Position numbers and translations under genes: made by a program. A stretch of DNA of 64,000 nt from assembly GCA_965219025.1 (NCBI GenBank), contig OZ244716.1:1351812-1415811 (forward strand), written 5' to 3'. Positions 20,016 through 28,262 of the stretch are shown here, one piece after another (position 1 is the stretch's first letter; every line of letters begins with the position of its first letter). This stretch comes from Dehalococcoidia bacterium. Its GTDB lineage: Bacteria; Chloroflexota; Dehalococcoidia; Lucifugimonadales; UBA2985. The notes under the pieces were generated by a model. The model did no database searches. It was not told where the DNA came from and was given only the letters and a program-made list of their open reading frames with translations.

Positions 20016-21488
20016 ATGATCCAAGTGGCCGAGCTCAACTTCCAGAACCGCACACTCTTTCACGGGGATAATCTCGACTTCCTGCGTGGAATGAATAGCG
20101 GTACCGTGAACCTCATTGCCACGGACCCGCCGTTCAAGAAGGGTCGGGACTTTCACGCAACGCCGAACTCGCTTGCTGCGGGAGCGAGCTTTCAAGACCG
20201 GTGGAGATGGCGAGACGATGTGCATGATGACTGGCTTGAAGCGCTCCAGCGAGACGAGCCAGAGGTTTGGCAGGTCATATCGACCGCAAAGACCGTTCAC
20301 GGAGAGTCGATGGGAGCTTTCCTGTGTTGGCTGGGAGTACGGCTGCTGGAGATGCACCGTGTCCTTGCTGACGACGGTAGCCTGTACTTGCACATTGACC
20401 ACACGGCTCATGCGTGGGTGAAGTGCTTGCTTGACGCCATCTTTGGACGCGAGAACTTCAGGAATGAACTTGTATGGCATTACGATGGCCCTCAACGTCC
20501 GAGCGTTCGGGATTTCGGAACAAAGCACGATACGATTCTTCGCTATTCCAAGTCGGATTCTTACACGGCGAACATGCGAGTCCCCGTCGTCCTCACCGAG
20601 GAAGAAGCGAAACAGCAATACAAGCAGACCGAGGATGGACGCTACTACTATGACCTGCCAAGAGGTGACTATACTGATGCCTCTATCGCTAGACTGGAAC
20701 AGGAGGGACGCATACGGTACACCCGGAACGGTACAGTCCGTGTGATGTATTTCCTAGACACGGACAGCGCGGGAAACGTGGTGCGCCAAAAGCAATTGCA
20801 CGATGTGTGGGAAGACATCCCAAGTCTTGGGATGGCGGCACAGTCGAAGGAGAACACAAAGTATCCCACGCAGAAGCCTCTAGCCCTCTATGAACGCATC
20901 ATCAAGGCTAGCAGCAAACCTGGTGATGTAGTGCTCGATCCCCACTGCGGCTGCGCAACGACCTGTGTCGCTGCAGAGAGGCTTGGAAGGCAGTGGGTCG
21001 GAATCGACATATGGGACGGCGCTGTGGATGTTGTGCGGAGGCGCATGGAGAGAGAACTTGGTCTGTTCAGTCTCGGGATTGCCTACCGTGACGACGTGCC
21101 AGTTAGGACGGATGCCGGAGAAACGGCGGCGCAGGCGTTTCGGACCCCTCTGGGTCGCACCCGGGAGCGCTATCCCGCACCGCGCACTCAGCACGGGAAG
21201 CTGGTGGGTGACATAGGCCCGTTGTGCCAGGGCTGTGGCGCGGACTACACTTTTGACCCGCGTGTGTTGGAGGTAGACCACATTCGTCCACGATCCGACG
21301 GCGGAAGCAATGCCTACGACAACCTCACCTTGCTTTGTCCGCCGTGCAACAAAGAGAAGCGAGACTACTACACCTTGTCAGCGCTCCAGGATCGGAACCG
21401 GACTAACGGCTACATGAAGCACGAAGGCAACCTACGAATGGGGCGCGCTGCTCGCGCTCCGGCTCGCAGGGGCAGGCGGCGCCGTTAG
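20016..21488 (+). CDS. N4/N6 DNA methyltransferase (beta class) fused to a C-terminal HNH endonuclease
   Basis: Motif IV DPPF precedes motif I DPHCGCATT; YPTQKPLAL; C-terminal CQGCG...VDHIRPRSDGGSNAYDNLTLLCPPCNKEK. Confidence 0.85.
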   Translation: MIQVAELNFQNRTLFHGDNLDFLRGMNSGTVNLIATDPPFKKGRDFHATPNSLAAGASFQDRWRWRDDVHDDWLEALQRDEPEVWQVISTAKTVHGESMGAFLCWLGVRLLEMHRVLADDGSLYLHIDHTAHAWVKCLLDAIFGRENFRNELVWHYDGPQRPSVRDFGTKHDTILRYSKSDSYTANMRVPVVLTEEEAKQQYKQTEDGRYYYDLPRGDYTDASIARLEQEGRIRYTRNGTVRVMYFLDTDSAGNVVRQKQLHDVWEDIPSLGMAAQSKENTKYPTQKPLALYERIIKASSKPGDVVLDPHCGCATTCVAAERLGRQWVGIDIWDGAVDVVRRRMERELGLFSLGIAYRDDVPVRTDAGETAAQAFRTPLGRTRERYPAPRTQHGKLVGDIGPLCQGCGADYTFDPRVLEVDHIRPRSDGGSNAYDNLTLLCPPCNKEKRDYYTLSALQDRNRTNGYMKHEGNLRMGRAARAPARRGRRRR

Positions 21489-21755
21489 GATAGTGCATAG
21501 AGGAGGAGTGCTGGCGGAATTCAACGTGAAAGGGCCCCCACCCTTTGGTAGATATCCTTCGCGCCAGACTTGTCCTCTTCATTTTACACCCTGGTCATCG
21601 GAACTCGAAAGGGCACCTGCCTTTCGGCGGATGCCCCTCTTGCGCCACGCTGCCACCTAATTCAACACTGGCTCGAGACCTTCTAAGCGTCAAGGCCAAG
21701 GGCAGCTTACTTGCTTGGGAAAATGCCGAGTAGGTCCCAACGCAGGACGGACCCC

Positions 21756-21989
21756 TCACGCCACGTGCAGCTGCCTGACCACTCCGTCCACCACCGTCCC
21801 AACCACGTGCCCGCCCACAGCTCCGCGGAGTCGCTCGTCGTCCCAGTCGTCGCCCAGGTCATAGGTGTAGCTCTTGTAGTCCGACGCCGGTTCAGCCTCG
21901 AACGCGAATACCTGTACCTCCAGGGTCAGCTCCCTCCTGGCAGTGTCTACGCTCAGCAGCGTTCCGGAGATTCCGTCCCTGCTCGCCAT
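21756..21989 (-). CDS. small hypothetical protein
   Basis: MASRDGISG..., 77 aa, RBS AGGAGG upstream of ATG 21989. Confidence 0.55.
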   Translation of the reverse strand: MASRDGISGTLLSVDTARRELTLEVQVFAFEAEPASDYKSYTYDLGDDWDDERLRGAVGGHVVGTVVDGVVRQLHVA

Positions 21990-22082
21990 CCGGTCCCCCT
22001 CCTGTGATTGTCCTTCAACCGAGGATAACACCGCGGCGCCCATCCGGGCAATCCATGCGGCGGCGCGGAGGGCGCCAGCCCG

Positions 22083-22457
22083 TCATCCGAACCAGATGGC
22101 GAGGTACTTCGTGAACCAGAACAGGCCGGCGTACGTGGCAACGGCCGATGCCGCCAAGACGATCAGCATGCGGCGGTACCGGTACGCGCCGCGTACGTTG
22201 CAGACGCCGCGGCCGCGCAGGAACAGGACGACGGCCAGCGTCGCCACTGCCAGGCCCGCCGCCCGGAAGTACCAGCCGTAGTCGTAGTAGAGGGTGTCGC
22301 CGAGCGTCACCGCCTCGGCTGCGGTTGCGATGCCCAGCAATGCCAATACCACCGGCGATACGCAGCAGGTGATGGCGACCAGGCCCGAGCCCACGCCCAT
22401 GAGGACCCCACGCTTCAGGGACCTGTTGGCTGCCTCGGGCGCCGTGCGTTCAGACAT
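22083..22457 (-). CDS. MerT/MerF-like small metal transport membrane protein
   Basis: ITCCVSPVVLALLG vicinal Cys pair in TM1, three hydrophobic segments, further Cys in GVCNV. Confidence 0.65.
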   Translation of the reverse strand: MSERTAPEAANRSLKRGVLMGVGSGLVAITCCVSPVVLALLGIATAAEAVTLGDTLYYDYGWYFRAAGLAVATLAVVLFLRGRGVCNVRGAYRYRRMLIVLAASAVATYAGLFWFTKYLAIWFG

Positions 22458-22603
22458 CGTAGATTCTCTCGTTCGGAGGGCCACCTATGGGGCTTGCCCG
22501 GTTCAACAGGCTAGCCTCTTGCGGTGACACTCGTCAACAGGGGTTCGATGCCGTGAGGAGTCAGGACGGTCCGCCTTCACGCGCGCGTGTCGTCACACTC
22601 CCG

Positions 22604-22632
22604 TTGACCAAAGAGAACAGGCGTGCTATTCT
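22604..22632 (+). promoter_or_regulatory. sigma70 promoter overlapped by a LexA-like box
   Basis: TTGACC-N17-TATTCT; AGAAC-AGGC-GTGCT at 22614-22627 differs at one position from AGAAC-N4-GTTCT. Confidence 0.55.
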
Positions 22633-22658
22633 CCTCCCTGCACGTCTCCAAATCAGGG

Positions 22659-22979
22659 ATGACGGCGCAGGAGGAAGCCTTGCCGGACTCTCTGCAGATT
22701 CTGATACTCGCTCAGGGGTCGCTTACCGCCCTGTCCGGCGGGTTCAACGCCGTCTACTTCGCCCGCTACTCCGCGTCCGACCGTAGCAGGCGCATTGCCT
22801 CGCGAGTGCTTGCGCTGGTCAACGTGAGCTTCCTTCTGCAGGGCCTGTACTGGGCCGCGGACGCGGCCGGCGATCAGGGAGATGGCCCGCCGCCGTGGCC
22901 GGGACTCGTAACGCTGCTGGCGTCGCTGGCCATAACCGCCATGGTGCTCCGTCGAAGGTCCGGCGGCCGCCGCCGCTAG
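22659..22979 (+). CDS. small membrane protein, first gene of the packaging-like operon
   Basis: 106 aa with about 3 hydrophobic segments and an Arg-rich C-terminus. Confidence 0.6.
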   Translation: MTAQEEALPDSLQILILAQGSLTALSGGFNAVYFARYSASDRSRRIASRVLALVNVSFLLQGLYWAADAAGDQGDGPPPWPGLVTLLASLAITAMVLRRRSGGRRR

Positions 22980-23010
22980 CAGCATAGCATTCATGGAAGG
23001 GAGGGGGCCA

Positions 23011-23169
23011 GTGAGCGCCATGTCGAAGGCCATCGAGAAACGTGAGTGGGAGGTGGTGGCCGTGTGCCTGCTGAGGGGGCTTGTGCAGGCGGCCTCCGCG
23101 CTGCCTCCGGACGCCGTGCACCAGTTGGTGGAAGCGCTGGAAGGAGACGAGCGTGCCAAACCCCGCTAG
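23011..23169 (+). CDS. small hypothetical protein (52 aa), below the ORF-track cutoff
   Basis: Translated by hand: MSAMSKAIEKREWEVVAVCLLRGLVQAASALPPDAVHQLVEALEGDERAKPR; GGAGGG upstream; overlaps the next gene. Confidence 0.55.
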   Translation: MSAMSKAIEKREWEVVAVCLLRGLVQAASALPPDAVHQLVEALEGDERAKPR

Positions 23170-23485
23170 CGGAAGTTCGCCGGAGCCGGGCGCCTTCTAC
23201 GAGGATGCCATGTCCCGGGCGGAGCGCGTGCGCCTGTCGCGGGCGAGGCAGCTTCAGGGCCTGGACGAGGAGATCGCTCTGCTCAGGGTGCGCCTGGGCA
23301 GCCTTGCAGAGGAGCAGCCGGACAACGTGGAGCTTCTCATAAAGGGGATCGGGATGCTGGTCAGGGCGGTATCCGCCAAGTACCGGCTTTCGCCCAGGTC
23401 CGAGAAGGACCTGTACCAGAGCCTGCTAGGCGTGCTGGAAGGCGTGGGCAGCGTCCTTATGCCGGAGGCGTCGGATGGGCAGTGA
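23153..23485 (+). CDS. putative terminase small subunit-like helical protein
   Basis: GTG start after GGAG; GLDEEIALLRVRL helical motif; position upstream of the large terminase. Confidence 0.5.
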   Translation: MPNPASGSSPEPGAFYEDAMSRAERVRLSRARQLQGLDEEIALLRVRLGSLAEEQPDNVELLIKGIGMLVRAVSAKYRLSPRSEKDLYQSLLGVLEGVGSVLMPEASDGQ

Positions 23486-23690
23486 CGAGATGGAGAAGGC
23501 GCTGGGGAAGTTTCGCAAGCCGGGCGTGGACGTATCGCCGCTGTCGACGTTCGACGCGCTGCTGGACCAGCGAATGGGACACCTGGAGCGGAGCGTAGAG
23601 GAGCTGAAGACGCGAGTCAACGGCCTGGTGTTTCTCGTGGCGGGAGCGGTGATTGTGCAGGTGCTGCTGCGCCTGCTGGAGTGGAGCTGA
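23475..23690 (+). CDS. small coiled-coil protein with C-terminal TM (XhlA/holin-like architecture)
   Basis: LDQRMGHLERSVEELKTRVN heptads followed by GLVFLVAGAVIVQVLL. Confidence 0.55.
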   Translation: MGSDEMEKALGKFRKPGVDVSPLSTFDALLDQRMGHLERSVEELKTRVNGLVFLVAGAVIVQVLLRLLEWS

Positions 23691-23694
23691 GCGA

Positions 23695-25113
23695 ATGAGC
23701 GGGATGGTGAATCTGAGGCCGTACCAGGTGGAGATCGGCCGGGCCGTAATGGACAGCGTGCTCAACGAGCGCGGCTTGACGTTCACGGTGGAGATCGCGC
23801 GACAGGGAGGCAAGAACGAGCTGTCGGCGCAGATGGAGGTGCTCCTGCTGGCCATGTTCGCGGCGAAGGGCGGCAACCTGGTGAAGGCCGCACCCACGTT
23901 CGACCCGCAGGTCCGCATCAGCATGTCGCGGCTGAAGGAGCGGCTGGGTCAGGCCGGCCTGGGCGGCCTGTGGAGCGCGGAGGCGGGCGGCGCCGTCCGG
24001 CTCGGCAGGGTGAGGCAGCTGTTCCTGAGCGCCGAGCCGTCGAGCAACGTAGTCGGCGCCACGGCCCACGTTCTCATCGAGATGGACGAGGCGCAGGACG
24101 TGGAGAGGGACAAGTTCTACAAGGAGTTCCGGCCCATGGGCGCCTCCACCAACGTGACAACCGTCCTCTATGGCACGCCCTGGCGCGGCGACTCGCTGCT
24201 GGAGGAGGTGAAGCAGTCCAACCTGGAGCTGGAGCGGAGCGACGGGGTAAAGCGTCACTTCCGGCAGTCCTGGGAGGAGGTGGCCGCTCACAACCCGCTC
24301 TACCGCGATTACGTTGAGGGCGAGCGGCGGCGGCTGGGGGAGAGCCATCCCCTCTTCCGCACGCAGTACATGCTGGAGTCGCTGAGCGGCGGGGGAGGCT
24401 TATTCTCGGCGGAGCAGCTTGCGCAGATGGATGGCCGCCACGGCCGCCGCCGCTCGCCGGAGCCGGGGCGGGTCTACGTCGCCGGCGTGGACGTGGCCGG
24501 CGAGGCGCCCGATGGCGAGGGTGTGGATGAGGCGCTGCGCGCCGCACGGCCCACCCGCGACTCCACAGTGGTCACCATCGGCGAGCTGGACTTCAGCGGC
24601 TGCGACGAACTATCGCCGGACCCGGCCGTGCGCATCGTGGAGCACCACTGGTGGACGGGGCAGAGCCACGCGGATCTCTACCCCAGGCTCGTTGACGTGC
24701 TGCGCGAGGTGTGGCGCTGCAGGCGCGTGGTGATAGACGCCTCCGGACTGGGACAGGGCATTGCCAGCTTCCTGGAGCGAACGATGGGCAGGGGCGTGGC
24801 TGTGCCCTTCGTGTTCACGGCGCAGAGCAAGTCGCGGCTGGCGTTCGACCTGCTGGCCGCGGTGAGCTCGGGCCGGCTGAAGATGTACGCGGCGGACGGG
24901 TCGCCGGAGTACGCCGAGATGCGCGCCCAGACCGAGCGTGCCGTCGGTCGGGTGAGGCCAAACCGGACGATGAACTTCTACGTGGAGTCCCGCGAGGGGC
25001 ATGACGACTTCCTGATGAGCCTTGCGCTGCTGGTCGGCGCCGCCGAATACAGGCCGCGTCACGCTCGGGGAAGAGCAGCGGTGAGAGCGGGCGCCGTCCC
25101 GCCGAGGGGGTGA
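23695..25113 (+). CDS. phage terminase large subunit-like protein
   Basis: LRPYQ (Q motif), ARQGGKNE Walker A-like, IEMDEAQD Walker B, VAGVDVAG and HDDFLMSLAL RNase H-like nuclease acidic residues. Confidence 0.85.
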   Translation: MSGMVNLRPYQVEIGRAVMDSVLNERGLTFTVEIARQGGKNELSAQMEVLLLAMFAAKGGNLVKAAPTFDPQVRISMSRLKERLGQAGLGGLWSAEAGGAVRLGRVRQLFLSAEPSSNVVGATAHVLIEMDEAQDVERDKFYKEFRPMGASTNVTTVLYGTPWRGDSLLEEVKQSNLELERSDGVKRHFRQSWEEVAAHNPLYRDYVEGERRRLGESHPLFRTQYMLESLSGGGGLFSAEQLAQMDGRHGRRRSPEPGRVYVAGVDVAGEAPDGEGVDEALRAARPTRDSTVVTIGELDFSGCDELSPDPAVRIVEHHWWTGQSHADLYPRLVDVLREVWRCRRVVIDASGLGQGIASFLERTMGRGVAVPFVFTAQSKSRLAFDLLAAVSSGRLKMYAADGSPEYAEMRAQTERAVGRVRPNRTMNFYVESREGHDDFLMSLALLVGAAEYRPRHARGRAAVRAGAVPPRG

Positions 25114-25117
25114 GTGC

Positions 25118-25420
25118 GTGAGTCCAAGAAGGAACGAACCCGTCATTGACGTGCTGCCGGAGCAGCACCAGTACCGGGACGAAGGCTGCAGCGTGTCGCC
25201 GTCGTGCCTGCGCTGCCCGCTGCCGTGGTGCAAGTACGACGACCCGGCCGCCTACCACCGGGAGCTGCGGCTGAGTCGTGACCGCGAGGTGATGCAGGTG
25301 AAGCGCGATCAGGGCAAGACCGTACCGCAGCTGGCGCGCCACTTCGGCCTCAGCGAGCGGACGATACATCGGATCCTGGAGCGCGCCAGGGTCGTAACGC
25401 TCGAAGGCGATGGGCTGTGA
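25118..25420 (+). CDS. Cys4-motif / helix-turn-helix DNA-binding protein
   Basis: CSVSPSCLRCPLPWC, then KTVPQLARHFGLSERTIHRIL HTH. Confidence 0.7.
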   Translation: MSPRRNEPVIDVLPEQHQYRDEGCSVSPSCLRCPLPWCKYDDPAAYHRELRLSRDREVMQVKRDQGKTVPQLARHFGLSERTIHRILERARVVTLEGDGL

Positions 25421-25452
25421 GGTGGACGTCTTGAGCAGTTCAGGAGAACGAC

Positions 25453-26757
25453 ATGAGTAACCTTTCGCTTCCGCAGCAGCTGGCCCGGATGGACGGCGAT
25501 AGGCTGAGGGCCTACCGCGAGAATCTGGAGTTCTACGCAGGCGCGCAGTGGAAGGGTACGCCGCACCGGTGGGAGCGACGGCTCACCTTCAACTACGCTC
25601 GCACGTTCCTGGACAAGGTGACCTCCTACCTGATGACGGAAATGTCCTTCGTCATCGGCCCCACGGACTCGTCGGCGGAGGCGGTGGAGCGGGCGAGCCG
25701 CGCGGATGAGGCGCTGCGCGGCGTGTACGATGACAACCGGCTGGAGCAGCTCGACTTCGATACGGAGCTGGACACCGCCATTCTGGGCGACGGCTGCTAC
25801 AAGGTGACGTGGGACTCACAGGAGCGGCGAGTGAGGATCAGCGCGCCGGACGTGCAGGGCCTGTTCGCCTGGTGGGTCGCGGACGACGTGGGTCGCGTGT
25901 GGCAGGTCGCAAGCCGCTACCACCTGACGCCGGAGCAGGCGCAGACGCTCTACGGAGTGAAGCCTGCACAGATGAACCGCCGGGCCGGCCGAGCGACCGT
26001 GGTGGAGGCGTGGACCCCGCGTGAGCTCCGGCTGTGGGTGGACGATACGCTGGTGCAGGAGCGGGCCAATCCCTACGGATTCATACCGTTCGTCATATTC
26101 CCCAACCTGCGCGAGCCAAAGCGGTTCTGGGGCCAGTCGGACATCCCGCCAATCGTGGAGCCGTCACGGGAGCTGAACAGGGCCGTATCGCAGCTGTCGA
26201 TGATACTGGAGCTGTCGGGCAACCCCATCGCGGTTGTGGAGGGCGTGGAGCGTGCGGAGGACATCGCCGTACAGCCTGGCGCGGTGTGGGAGCTGCCGGA
26301 GCGCGCTCGTGCGTACCTGCTGGACCTGCTGCAGGGCGGGGGCGCCAAGCTCCACGTGGACTTCATCGACGTGATACACCGCGCGCTGCACGACCTGTCG
26401 GAGGCGCCTCGCATCAGCTTTGGCGACAACCCGCGGAACCTGTCCGGCGTGGCGCTGGAGATGGAGATGGGCCCGCTGCTCCAGCGCGTGCGGCGGAAGA
26501 GGCTCATCCGAGCGACGGCCTACCGGGAGCGGAACGAGATGGCGCTGCGGATACTGGAGAAGCGCACGGGCGTGAAGTACCTGCCGGTGAGGCAGCGAGT
26601 GGTGTGGGGCCCGCTGCTTCCGCAGGACCGGAGCCGGCTGGTGAGGGAGCAGCAGACGCTGGTGGAGGCTGGGATCCAGAGCAGGCGCCGCGCCATGGAG
26701 AACCTTGGCATCGATGACCCGGATGCGGAGCTGGAGCGTCTGAAGGCTGAGGGGTGA
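25453..26757 (+). CDS. phage portal protein (SPP1 Gp6-like)
   Basis: RLTFNYARTF, ILGDGCYKV, NPYGFIPFVIFPN, GQSDI...RELNRAVS, NLSGVALE; RBS AGGAG. Confidence 0.85.
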   Translation: MSNLSLPQQLARMDGDRLRAYRENLEFYAGAQWKGTPHRWERRLTFNYARTFLDKVTSYLMTEMSFVIGPTDSSAEAVERASRADEALRGVYDDNRLEQLDFDTELDTAILGDGCYKVTWDSQERRVRISAPDVQGLFAWWVADDVGRVWQVASRYHLTPEQAQTLYGVKPAQMNRRAGRATVVEAWTPRELRLWVDDTLVQERANPYGFIPFVIFPNLREPKRFWGQSDIPPIVEPSRELNRAVSQLSMILELSGNPIAVVEGVERAEDIAVQPGAVWELPERARAYLLDLLQGGGAKLHVDFIDVIHRALHDLSEAPRISFGDNPRNLSGVALEMEMGPLLQRVRRKRLIRATAYRERNEMALRILEKRTGVKYLPVRQRVVWGPLLPQDRSRLVREQQTLVEAGIQSRRRAMENLGIDDPDAELERLKAEG

Positions 26758-26810
26758 CGCCGGGTCGGGAGACAGATCGCGCCTCCCGACCAAGACCTTT
26801 GCGCCTTGCC

Positions 26811-28139
26811 CTAGTCCGGTGTGGCGCTCCAAACGACCGAGTAGCTGAAGTCCGGCATGAACGCGCCCGACACGCCTATCTCCGCCGGCTTGTGTATCTG
26901 CCGCGCGCCCGCCCTGCCCTGCAGCTGCTGCACGCTGTCGATGTGCAGCCAGAAGCGAGTGCGACCGGCCCCGGCGTTGCCGCCGCTGGGCGACGCGGGG
27001 TTGGGCCCCTCGATCGAGATGTCGGTCTGGTAGAAGTCCAGCGCCTCGCCGCGCTGAACCCCTGCGAACCGCAGCCCCTCCAGGTGAAACTGGTGGAACA
27101 GCGTGAAGCCGTCGTACATGTTCTCGAACGTCAGGTCGCTGGGGCCGATGCCGGCGCCCTCGTACAGCTTTCGGCCCGTGAAGTCGGCGGCGTCCTGCCA
27201 CTCCTCCAGCGTGGGCACCACGCTGCGAGACGCAGGCAGCGTTCGGTTGTGGTTCAGGATGTAGACCGGCTTCTGCTTCATGTCCTTGGCCCGCTCGGCC
27301 GTGGTGTATACGAAGGCCGCGGAGACGCAGATTGGCAGGTCGTTGTCGAAGAGGTTGGCGGGCTTGGCGATCCAGCGGGCCGCCAGGTAGTCCTCGACCG
27401 ACAGAGCCTCGGGTCTGTGCTGCGCCCAGAAGCCCTCGGGGAACAGCAGGCCATTGCGCTTCTCCTCGACCACGAACTGCGCCATCATGTCGTGGCTCTT
27501 GCCGTACTTGCGGCAGTAGGATTCGAAGATCATGGCGGTGGTGTAGCAGGCGACGGTGCCCCACAGGCCCTGCCACTTGCCGGGACCGGCGATGGTGTTG
27601 CCCGCGGCGTCACCCTGCCCCACGTAGTACCGCCCGCCGAAGTTGTGCCATCCGCGCACCACCAGGCAGGTGTTAGTCATGCCGTCCCCCACGGCCTGCG
27701 CCGCCACAACCAGGGCGTTGGACATGCAGATGGGCGCATACATGACGAACTTGACGTTGCTCAGTTCCGGCATATTCTTGAGGATCCAGTCCGAGCTGAG
27801 CTTGGCGATGCCGTCCATGGGGTCGTCGGTGGACTGGTACATATTGAGGAAGTCCTCAGGGATGGGCTTGTCGGACGGCCAGGGCGAGCCGGTGGAAGTC
27901 TCCGGTGTGAGCACCAGCCCGTCGACCTGGTCAGGCGTTACGCCCGCGTCCTCCATTGCCCTGCGGATGGCGAGTATGGTCCACGCGCCGACGCTGGTAT
28001 CGGCGGTCTCGTCCCAGCGCCGCGCGGTGGGCGACACTCCGACGCCAACGGCCGCCACCTTGCCTCGGTGCTCCCACACACCCAGTCCCTCGGTGCTTCT
28101 GTAGATCGAATCCGGGGCCATCTGTGCTTGCGTTACCAC
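26811..28139 (-). CDS. thiolase-superfamily protein (SCP-x/Ltp2-like)
   Basis: VAAVGVG, AMEDAGVTPDQVDG, DNDLPI, NMYDGFT, SGGNAG, QQLQG; RBS GAGGAGG. Confidence 0.85.
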   Translation of the reverse strand: MVTQAQMAPDSIYRSTEGLGVWEHRGKVAAVGVGVSPTARRWDETADTSVGAWTILAIRRAMEDAGVTPDQVDGLVLTPETSTGSPWPSDKPIPEDFLNMYQSTDDPMDGIAKLSSDWILKNMPELSNVKFVMYAPICMSNALVVAAQAVGDGMTNTCLVVRGWHNFGGRYYVGQGDAAGNTIAGPGKWQGLWGTVACYTTAMIFESYCRKYGKSHDMMAQFVVEEKRNGLLFPEGFWAQHRPEALSVEDYLAARWIAKPANLFDNDLPICVSAAFVYTTAERAKDMKQKPVYILNHNRTLPASRSVVPTLEEWQDAADFTGRKLYEGAGIGPSDLTFENMYDGFTLFHQFHLEGLRFAGVQRGEALDFYQTDISIEGPNPASPSGGNAGAGRTRFWLHIDSVQQLQGRAGARQIHKPAEIGVSGAFMPDFSYSVVWSATPD

Positions 28140-28262
28140 TTCTCACCTCCTCGAAAGTCTCTCTGCCGCATCCGCAGCGCAATTCGACTGGCGCACCGCC
28201 GCGCCCTGTGTTCCGGGCACCTGGATTGTAACTCAGGGGGCCTCCCAAGTCGAGCCGCCGCG

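Noticed and set aside
22083-22457. Mercury-resistance operon
   Set aside because: Only a lone MerT-like gene; no merR, merP or merA nearby
20016-26757. Intact prophage spanning the MTase to the portal
   Set aside because: No integrase, replication, capsid, tail or lysin genes and no att repeats; mixed orientation and cargo upstream of 22600
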